From: Geobacter sulfurreducens PCA | Lineage (GTDB): Bacteria; Desulfobacterota; Desulfuromonadia; Geobacterales; Geobacteraceae | Assembly: GCF_000007985.2 (NCBI RefSeq) | Contig: NC_002939.5 | Location: 2,790,001 to 2,822,000, forward strand | Length of the DNA stretch: 32,000 nucleotides | Direction: 5' to 3' | In this document: positions 25,756 to 32,000 of the stretch, one piece after another | Layout of the letters: each line of letters opens with the position of its first letter | Position numbering within the stretch: the stretch's first letter is position 1 | Translations under genes and position numbers: made by a program | The notes under the pieces: model-generated | Databases searched by the model: none | What the model was told of the DNA's origin: nothing | What the model saw: the letters and a program-made list of their open reading frames with translations, nothing else

Positions 25756-26469
25756 ATGAAGATTTCCTTTGTCATTCCGGTGCATAACGAACAGGACAAT
25801 CTCCTACCCCTTTTCGACGAAATCACCCGGATGGCCGATGCCGAACGGTACGAATACGAGATCATCTTCGTCGACGACGGGAGCCGCGACAACAGCCTCC
25901 AGGTTCTAAAATCCCTGGCGCGGGGCTGCCCGGCCGTTCGCTACCTATCGCTGGCCGCCAACCGGGGCCAGTCCGCGGCCCTGGGGGTGGGCTTCGCCCA
26001 CGCCGCCGGGGATGTCATCATCACCATGGACGCCGACGGACAGAACGATCCGGCCGATGTGCCGGCCATGATGGCCCGTTACGGCGAAGGCTGCGACATG
26101 GTGACCGGCTGGCGCCGCAACAGGCGCGACACCCTGTCCAAACGGGTGGGGAGCAGGATCGGCAACGGCATACGTAATCGTCTCACCGGGGAGAGCATTC
26201 ACGACACCGGCTGCTCTCTGAAGGTCATGCGGGCGGACATGGTTAAACGGATCAAGATGTTCAAGGGGATGCACCGTTTCCTGCCGACCCTCATGAGGAT
26301 GGAGGGAGCCCGAGTCGTTGAGATGGAGGTGAACCACCGCCCCCGGCGCCACGGCACATCCAACTACACCAACTGGCGGCGGGCCCGGGAGGGGTTCTTC
26401 GACCTGCTGGCGGTGCGCTGGATGCAACGGCGGTATCAACCGGCAACGATAGGAGAAAAACATGTCTAA
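25756..26469 (+). CDS. Family 2 glycosyltransferase, polyprenyl-phosphate sugar transferase type (ArnC/GtrB/DPM1-like), soluble catalytic domain only
   Basis: 237-aa ORF. ISFVIPVHNEQDNL, IIFVDDGS.D and ITMDADGQNDP (DxD) motifs. It lacks the C-terminal TM hairpin that I recall in ArnC. Confidence 0.9.
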   Translation: MKISFVIPVHNEQDNLLPLFDEITRMADAERYEYEIIFVDDGSRDNSLQVLKSLARGCPAVRYLSLAANRGQSAALGVGFAHAAGDVIITMDADGQNDPADVPAMMARYGEGCDMVTGWRRNRRDTLSKRVGSRIGNGIRNRLTGESIHDTGCSLKVMRADMVKRIKMFKGMHRFLPTLMRMEGARVVEMEVNHRPRRHGTSNYTNWRRAREGFFDLLAVRWMQRRYQPATIGEKHV

Positions 26470-26755
26470 GGCGGCGATGCTTACCATGGGAATCGGTTTC
26501 GCCGGACAGGCCCTGTTCTTCATGCGCTTTTTCGTCCAGTGGATCCATACCGAGCGCCGGAAGGAAAGCGTCATTCCCGAGGCGTTCTGGTACTTCAGCA
26601 TCATCGGCGGGTTGTTCCTGCTGGTCTACGCTGTCATAAAACGGGACCCGGTCTTCATCGTGGGACAATCCACCGGTACGGTCATCTATCTGCGCAACCT
26701 CTACTTCATCCGCAAAAACAAGAGGAAGGACGTGATCGATGCGCTTGAGTCGTAG
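26462..26755 (+). CDS. Small membrane protein with lipid-A-biosynthesis N-terminal (LAB_N) type domain
   Basis: 97 aa with three hydrophobic segments. FFMRFFVQWIHTERRKESVIPEAFWYFSIIGG...VYAVIKRDPVFI.GQ matches my recollection of the LAB_N domain. Overlaps the GT2 stop by 8 nt. Confidence 0.7.
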   Translation: MSKAAMLTMGIGFAGQALFFMRFFVQWIHTERRKESVIPEAFWYFSIIGGLFLLVYAVIKRDPVFIVGQSTGTVIYLRNLYFIRKNKRKDVIDALES

Positions 26756-28358
26756 GGCGCTCCCCTTCCTGGCCATCTACTTCCTGATCCTCCTCTACCC
26801 CGGGTCGGCCCTCCACCTGAGAGAGTCCACCGAGGCCCGCTACGGTGAAATCGCCCGGGAGATGGTAGTGACCGGGAACTGGCTCGAGCCGCACCTGAAC
26901 GGCATCAAGCACTTCCACAAGCCTCCCCTGTCCATGTGGGGAATGGCCGCCGGGATGGAGCTCTTCGGCATCAACGGCTTCGGGGTCCGCTTTTTCGGCA
27001 TCGTTGCCGCAACGGCAGCCCTGGCCGCCCTGCTCGGGACGGCCCGCATCTTCCTCGGCAGCGGGGACGAGGCGATCAATGCCATGCTCATCTGCGGCAC
27101 ATCGCTCCTCTTCCTCTCCTCGTCACGGGTGGTTTCCACCGACATCTACCTGGCCTGCTTCACGGCCCTGGCCCAACTCATGCTCTTCCGCCAGCTGTAC
27201 GGCGGGCGCAGCTTCTGGAACGCCCCCCTCTACGGGCTGTTCCTGGGCCTCGGGTTCCTCACCAAGGGACCGATCATCCTGCTCTTCACCCTGCTCCCCT
27301 TTCTGGTGGCCAAGACCTTTGACCGCGATCACCGCAACGTTTTCACCTGGCGCGAGGTGGCCGCGGCGGCCGGCGCCTTTGCAGCGGTGGCACTCCCCTG
27401 GTACCTGGCGGTGAGCATCAGCAATCCGGAGCTTCCCGACTACTTCCTCAAAGTCCAGACCGTGGACCGGGTGGCCACCAACCGCTTCGGCCGGGACAAG
27501 CCGTTCTGGTACTTCTTCGTCATCTTCAGCGCCACCTTTTTCCCCTACACGCTGTTCCTGGCCCGGGGCGTCGCCGGGTGGAAGCAGCTCGACGGACGGA
27601 TCAGGACGATCTTCGTCTATATAGTGGCGCCGCTGGTAGTGTTCTCCCTGGCAAAGAGCAAGCTGTCCGCCTACATCCTCCCCTTTTACGGCACGGCCTC
27701 CATCATAACGGCATACGCGCTGGCCCGGTTCGAGACGGCCCGGCTGCGGGCCGCCACCCTGGTCATCCTCACCCTGGCCGCCGTTGCGGCCGGCGGAACC
27801 GGCTTTTTCTACAAACCGGCCGCCCCCCTGAAAATCCAGCTCCTCCTCTACGGCGTAGCGCTCCTCGTCCTGTGCGCCTACCTCTGGAAGAGCCGCCTCT
27901 CGCCCCAGTTCGTGAGAAACACGGCCCTTTATACCCTCTGTCTGTCGGTGACGATCTATGGCGCCATGACGCATCTGGGCCCACACCTTAAGGGGTACGG
28001 CGACATGGTCGCCGCCATCGACCGCATCGACCCGGAGCACAAGCGCGACATCCTCATGTACGGCACGTTCATCCCCTCGCTCTCCTTCTACCGGAACCGG
28101 ATCGCCGCCATGGGACTCGTGACCGACCGGGACCTGCGCTTTGAGGAGGACGGCGCCAACCGGGACATCTACCTTCCCACCGATGCCGACGTGGAGCGGT
28201 TTCTGGCCGCACGGGGCGAAATCTTCGTGGTGACCGACCAGGGCCAGATGGATCAGTTCCGGCTGAAGCACGCCTGCTCCGTCACGCCGGTCTTTGTCCA
28301 GCGCAAGCACACGGCCTATCTCTGCCGAAGGGAGCCTCCCCCGCACCCGGTGCCCTGA
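26739..28358 (+). CDS. ArnT/PMT-like GT-C family (GT39/GT83-type) membrane glycosyltransferase
   Basis: 539 aa, with SD GAGGAAGGA 8 nt upstream. N-terminal E.RYGEIAREM....NW..P.LNG..H..KPPL motif and 10 or more hydrophobic segments typical of undecaprenyl-phosphate-sugar-dependent GT-C enzymes. Soluble C-terminal domain. Confidence 0.85.
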   Translation: MRLSRRALPFLAIYFLILLYPGSALHLRESTEARYGEIAREMVVTGNWLEPHLNGIKHFHKPPLSMWGMAAGMELFGINGFGVRFFGIVAATAALAALLGTARIFLGSGDEAINAMLICGTSLLFLSSSRVVSTDIYLACFTALAQLMLFRQLYGGRSFWNAPLYGLFLGLGFLTKGPIILLFTLLPFLVAKTFDRDHRNVFTWREVAAAAGAFAAVALPWYLAVSISNPELPDYFLKVQTVDRVATNRFGRDKPFWYFFVIFSATFFPYTLFLARGVAGWKQLDGRIRTIFVYIVAPLVVFSLAKSKLSAYILPFYGTASIITAYALARFETARLRAATLVILTLAAVAAGGTGFFYKPAAPLKIQLLLYGVALLVLCAYLWKSRLSPQFVRNTALYTLCLSVTIYGAMTHLGPHLKGYGDMVAAIDRIDPEHKRDILMYGTFIPSLSFYRNRIAAMGLVTDRDLRFEEDGANRDIYLPTDADVERFLAARGEIFVVTDQGQMDQFRLKHACSVTPVFVQRKHTAYLCRREPPPHPVP

Positions 28359-28449
28359 TCCGCCCCCATGTTCTCCCATCAAAGTGTTCTGCCGGGAACG
28401 ATGACTGTGATATCATCCCGGCCACACGAACCTTCAGCGCGGAGCAGTC

Positions 28450-29664
28450 ATGCAGATCCCCGAACTCCTGGCCCCGGCCGGGAACCTCGAAAAACTCAAA
28501 GTGGCCGTCCACTACGGCGCCGACGCCGTCTACCTGGGCGGTGCCCGCTTCGGACTGCGGAGCCAGGCCGACAATTTCACCCCCGCCACCATGGCCGAGG
28601 CCGTGGCCTATGCCCACGACCGGGGGGTGAAGGTCTACCTCACGGTCAACAGCTATCCCGACACCGACGAGCTGGAGGAACTGGACCGCTACCTGGAAGA
28701 GGTAGCGCCGATCCCCTTCGACGCCTTCATCGCCGCCGATCCCGGGGTCATCGCCACCATCCGCCGCATCGTCCCGGACCGCACCATCCATCTCTCGACC
28801 CAGGCCAATACCACCACCTGGCGCAGCGCCCTCTTCTGGCAGCAGCAGGGCATCAGCCGCATCAACCTGGCCCGGGAGATGTCCCTGGAGGCGATCCGCG
28901 AAACCCGCCGCCGCGTGTCGGCCGAACTGGAGGTCTTTGCCCACGGCGCTCTCTGCGTGGCCTATTCGGGGCGCTGCCTCCTCTCCGCCGTCATGACCGG
29001 GCGCCATGCCAACCGGGGGGAGTGCACCCATCCCTGCCGCTGGAGCTACGCCCTGGTGGAGGAAAGCCGGCCCGGCGAGTACTACCCGGTCACTGAGGAC
29101 GAAAACGGCACGTTCATCTTCAACTCCCGGGACCTCTGCCTCATCCGCCACATTCCCGAGCTGGTGGAGGCGGGAGTCGACTCCCTCAAGATCGAGGGGA
29201 GAATGAAGGGAATCCACTACGTGGCGTCGGTGGTGCGGGTCTACCGGGAGGCGCTCGACCGCTATGCCGCCGACCCCGCCGGCTACGCGTTCCGTCCCGA
29301 GTGGCTGGAGGAACTGTCCAAGGTGAGCCACCGGGGATACACCACCGGCTTCCTCCTGGGCCGCCCCGAGGCGGCGGACCTGGAGTACGACTCCCGTTAT
29401 CTGCGCAGCCATGACTTTCTCGCCGTGGTGGACGAGATCCTACCCGACGGCACCGCCATCCTTGCCGTCCGCAACCGCATCCGGCCAGGCTGGACCATGG
29501 AGCTGATGGGGCCGGGCATGCGCTCGGATACCTTCAGGCTCGACACCTTCACCGACGAGAACGGGGCTCCCCTGACCGAAGCCCACCCGAACCAACGGAT
29601 CCGGACGATACTCCCCGAAGCGGCCGCCCCCTGGGATCTGCTACGGCGGGAACGGGACGACTGA
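28450..29664 (+). CDS. Peptidase U32 family protein (Fe-S, RlhA/TrhP/UbiU-UbiV-type)
   Basis: 404 aa. N-terminal ELLAPAGNLEKLKVAV.YGADAVYLGG. Conserved Cys cluster GALCVAYSGRCLLS....GR.ANRGECTHPCRW. The KIEGRMK motif. Confidence 0.9.
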   Translation: MQIPELLAPAGNLEKLKVAVHYGADAVYLGGARFGLRSQADNFTPATMAEAVAYAHDRGVKVYLTVNSYPDTDELEELDRYLEEVAPIPFDAFIAADPGVIATIRRIVPDRTIHLSTQANTTTWRSALFWQQQGISRINLAREMSLEAIRETRRRVSAELEVFAHGALCVAYSGRCLLSAVMTGRHANRGECTHPCRWSYALVEESRPGEYYPVTEDENGTFIFNSRDLCLIRHIPELVEAGVDSLKIEGRMKGIHYVASVVRVYREALDRYAADPAGYAFRPEWLEELSKVSHRGYTTGFLLGRPEAADLEYDSRYLRSHDFLAVVDEILPDGTAILAVRNRIRPGWTMELMGPGMRSDTFRLDTFTDENGAPLTEAHPNQRIRTILPEAAAPWDLLRRERDD

Positions 29665-29671
29665 GGTCGCC

Positions 29672-30607
29672 ATGGAACGGCCAACCATCGCCATCAAGGT
29701 CGATGCCGACACCTTCGTGGGGACCCGGGACGGCATCCCGCGCATCCTCGACATCCTCGGCCGCTTCGGGGTCAAGGCGACATTCTACTTTTCCCTGGGT
29801 CCCGACAATACCGGCAAGGCGGTGCGCCGCATCATCACCCGGCGGGGATTCCTCCGGACCAGCCTCCGGCTCAACGCACCGGCCCTGCTGGGGCCGCGGA
29901 CCCTTCTCTCGGGCCTGCTGATCCCGCCCCCCATCATCGGCAACCGGCTCGCCGACACCATCCGGCTCACTGCCCGCCTCGGCCACGAAGTGGGCATCCA
30001 CGGCTGGGACCACGTAAAGTGGCACGACCTTCTTCCCTGGATTCCGAAAAAGATGATCGCCCTGGAACTGGGCCGCGCCTGCGCCCTCTTCGAGGAGGTG
30101 ATGGGACGACGGGCCCGGACCGCCGCGGCGCCCGGCTGGACCGTGAGCGCCGACTCCCTTGAAATCCAGGACTCCATGCTCCTGTCCTTCTGCAGCGATT
30201 GCCGGGGACGGACCCCCTTCTACCCGGTTGTGGACGGACGGCGGTTCGGCACCCTCCAGGTGCCCACCACCCTGCCGACCCTGGACGAACTGCTGGGCGG
30301 GGGGATCGCCACGGAGCGGGAGGCCGTGGACCGGCTGATGGGCCTGGTGGGGCCGGGACTCAACGTCCACACGGTGCAGGCCGAAATCGAAGGGAAACGC
30401 TATGCGCCGCACCTGGCGTCGCTGCTGGACCGGCTCACGGGAACCGGCGCCCGCTTCGTCACTCTGGGCGAAGCCGCGGACGAGGCCAAGCGGGCAACCG
30501 TGCCCGTCTGCCGGCTCACCATGGAGGAGATCCCGGGCCGTCCCGGGCGGGTGGCGGTTCAGGGCGAGGAATGGAGCGAACCGGGGCCGGCGGCCGGAGA
30601 ACCGTGA
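29672..30607 (+). CDS. ArnD/PmrJ-like polysaccharide deacetylase (undecaprenyl-phosphate aminosugar deformylase/deacetylase type)
   Basis: 311 aa, 7 nt after the U32 stop, with SD GAGG. Motif series colinear with my recollection of E. coli ArnD: KVDADTFVGTRDGIPRILDIL, YFSLGPDNTGK, HEVGIHGWDH, SDCRGRTPFYP, VPTTLPTLDE, QAEIEG. Confidence 0.85.
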   Translation: MERPTIAIKVDADTFVGTRDGIPRILDILGRFGVKATFYFSLGPDNTGKAVRRIITRRGFLRTSLRLNAPALLGPRTLLSGLLIPPPIIGNRLADTIRLTARLGHEVGIHGWDHVKWHDLLPWIPKKMIALELGRACALFEEVMGRRARTAAAPGWTVSADSLEIQDSMLLSFCSDCRGRTPFYPVVDGRRFGTLQVPTTLPTLDELLGGGIATEREAVDRLMGLVGPGLNVHTVQAEIEGKRYAPHLASLLDRLTGTGARFVTLGEAADEAKRATVPVCRLTMEEIPGRPGRVAVQGEEWSEPGPAAGEP

Positions 30608-30648
30608 TTCCAGGCGTTGATCACCAGAGGAGCATTGGGGAGGGAGCC

Positions 30649-31464
30649 ATGACGTCATTCACCGCCTTCGCCCTGCCGGGCGAACTTGACCTGAACCGGC
30701 TGGCCGCCGATCTGGGCTTCCCCCGGCGCTACCGGTGGGAAGAGCCCATGGTGCTCGACCAGGCGAGCCTCAAGCCCCTGTCGGGGGACCAGGGCACGAC
30801 CAAGAGGGTCTACCTCTATTTCTTCGGCGGGGTGGTCTTCGTCAACTGCACGGAGGAGGAGGCAAGGGCCTTTTTCTGGAGCATGGCGCACTACGCGGAG
30901 CCGTTCAAGAGCGTGCCGGACGAAAAGTACCGGGATGACTACGCCCTGGCCCTGGGGGAGAGCAGCGGCCCCGCCGTGACCAACGATCTGGCGACCATGC
31001 CCGTGTATGATCCGGCCTACGTGGATACCATCTGCTTCGTCATCGCCAAATCAGTGGCCCTGGAGCGGATCGAGGAACGGGTCGACCAGGTCCTGGATGA
31101 AATGGAAACCGTCATCGGCATGCTCGACCGGGGCAAGCTGGGAATCTCGGACCGGCGTCTGGCAAAGCTGGCGGCCAACGTCCTGACCTACAAGTACCAG
31201 TCCATCGCCCACGTCATGGTCCTGGAAAAGCCGGAATTCACCTGGGAGAACCCCGAGGCGGACCGCCTCTACCTGACCATGGCCAACGTCTTCGAGCTGA
31301 ACCAGCGCTACAACGAGATCAAGCACAAGGGGGAAACGCTCCTGGACATCACGGAGGTTTTCACGAGCCTCGCCCACGCCCGCCGCGCCTCCCGCCTTGA
31401 ATGGACCATCATCATCCTGATCTTCATCGAGATCGTCATCTACCTCTTCGAGCTGGCCCGCTAA
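30649..31464 (+). CDS. RMD1/DUF155 family protein with C-terminal TM helix
   Basis: Start moved to the ATG at 30649 (MTSFTAFAL...), preceded by GGGGAGGGA. About 271 aa. The body ...VYLYFFGGVVFVN..., the coiled middle region and the terminal hydrophobic helix LEWTIIILIFIEIVIYLFE fit the DUF155 layout. Confidence 0.7.
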   Translation: MTSFTAFALPGELDLNRLAADLGFPRRYRWEEPMVLDQASLKPLSGDQGTTKRVYLYFFGGVVFVNCTEEEARAFFWSMAHYAEPFKSVPDEKYRDDYALALGESSGPAVTNDLATMPVYDPAYVDTICFVIAKSVALERIEERVDQVLDEMETVIGMLDRGKLGISDRRLAKLAANVLTYKYQSIAHVMVLEKPEFTWENPEADRLYLTMANVFELNQRYNEIKHKGETLLDITEVFTSLAHARRASRLEWTIIILIFIEIVIYLFELAR

Positions 31465-31646
31465 AAGCCGCCCGACAGGGCATACCGCTCCGTCGGGCAC
31501 CCAGCCGCGGCCGGCAGGGAAAACGGCTTGTGGCATGCCCCGCAGGTGACGGTGCCCGCCGTGAATTTCTGCTGGAGCGTCTGGTTCCTGGTGTCGCACC
31601 AGTCACAGTACCAAGCGTAGTAGTCGCCGAGTGGAATAATATTCAT
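31461..31646 (-). CDS. Small zinc-ribbon protein (61 aa), unknown function
   Basis: Strong SD AGGAGG 7 nt upstream of the ATG at 31646. CDWC...(16 aa)...CGAC four-Cys pattern. Host-like codon usage. Its stop codon overlaps the convergent DUF155 stop (CTAA). Confidence 0.55.
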   Translation of the reverse strand: MNIIPLGDYYAWYCDWCDTRNQTLQQKFTAGTVTCGACHKPFSLPAAAGCPTERYALSGGF

Positions 31647-31745
31647 CGTTGAACCTCCTGACGTGTCATGATCCCACTTTAGACGTTCAACACTTCGATT
31701 TCGTTACGGTACGCACACAATTACGAAAATACGGAGGGGACAGGC

Positions 31746-32000
31746 TCAGGCGAGGGCGCTTTCGGCCACCAGCAGGAGGCGCTTACTGAAGGCCTCCTCG
31801 AAGAGATCTCCCTTGATCTTGCCGCCGAAGAGCTCCACGGAGATTTCTCCGCGACTGGCAAGGGTAAGGATGAAGGTGCCGTCGGAAAGGGAACAGGTAA
31901 GGCCGGAGACCAGGCTGTTGCGGCGACGGTCGAGGCCGTCGGCGAGCCGCAGGATGCCGCCCAGGCGCGCCACCAGGAGCCGGTCCGGCTCCGCCAGACG
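31746..32000 (-). CDS. C-terminal fragment of a Ppx/GppA-family (exopolyphosphatase-like) protein; 5' end lies outside the window
   Basis: The reading frame is open to the window edge. The tail ...RLLVARLGGILRLADGLDRRR...FILTL......VEL..... resembles the C-terminal helical/HD-associated region of Ppx/GppA proteins. The identification is tentative. Confidence 0.5.
   Translation of the reverse strand, partial: RLAEPDRLLVARLGGILRLADGLDRRRNSLVSGLTCSLSDGTFILTLASRGEISVELFGGKIKGDLFEEAFSKRLLLVAESALA

Noticed and set aside
27123-30658. Three long minus-strand ORFs (27123-28382, 28282-29412, 29549-30658)
   Set aside because: Each is antisense to a well-supported plus-strand gene (ArnT-like, U32, ArnD-like). 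Each has Gly/Arg/Pro/Asp-rich composition with no motifs or SD sequences.
31690-31745. ACGCACA string reminiscent of the start of GEMM-I (c-di-GMP) riboswitches, which are common in Geobacter
   Set aside because: None of the other conserved GEMM blocks (GGGCAAACC, GGACGCAAAGCC, tetraloop/receptor helices) follow on either strand.
1-32000. Scan for CRISPR arrays, IS/transposon ends, integrases, tRNA/rRNA genes, toxin-antitoxin pairs and known defence genes
   Set aside because: There are no regularly spaced short repeats, no terminal inverted repeats flanking ORFs, no recombinase- or transposase-like translations, no cloverleaf-like or rRNA-like segments, and no compositional island. The only repeats found are the 121-nt pair and the operator repeats reported above.

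Overview
GC-rich, densely coded chromosomal segment with about 35 protein genes, mostly on the minus strand. Gene content and style resemble a Geobacteraceae/Desulfuromonadales core genome; that assignment is inference from recalled protein families, no search was run. I recognised no rRNA, tRNA, CRISPR array, transposase, integrase, phage gene or known defence gene.

Gene order:
- EF-G-family 3' end, then rsgA
- a four-gene signalling operon: REC-PAS-GGDEF, beta-barrel OMP, truncated PstS-like periplasmic protein, large PAS/GAF histidine kinase
- a stand-alone REC and a dienelactone hydrolase
- a polyamine operon: PuuR-like regulator, carboxy(nor)spermidine dehydrogenase, nspC, speA
- divergent proC
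- a housekeeping block: polysaccharide deacetylase, yggS, maf, trmFO, topA, dprA, LysM protein, ybgF/cpoB
- a plus-strand envelope-glycolipid cluster: GT2, LAB_N membrane protein, ArnT-like GT-C, U32 protein, ArnD-like deacetylase, DUF155
- the 3' end of a Ppx/GppA-like gene

Most unusual observations:
1. Two ungapped 121-nt structured direct repeats bracket nspC inside the polyamine operon, with compensatory base-pair changes between the copies.
2. Three evenly spaced GTTTAG-N5-CTAAAC palindromes lie in the leader of the PuuR-like regulator, downstream of a near-consensus sigma70 promoter.
3. The translationally coupled c-di-GMP/two-component operon carries its own outer-membrane barrel and periplasmic half-PBP.
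4. The Lgm/Arn-like cluster lacks ArnA/ArnB and has a U32 Fe-S protein embedded in it.

Many long ORFs in the track are antisense or out-of-frame shadows of real genes, as expected in high-GC DNA, and were rejected. All functional calls rest on motifs read by eye and recalled family knowledge.
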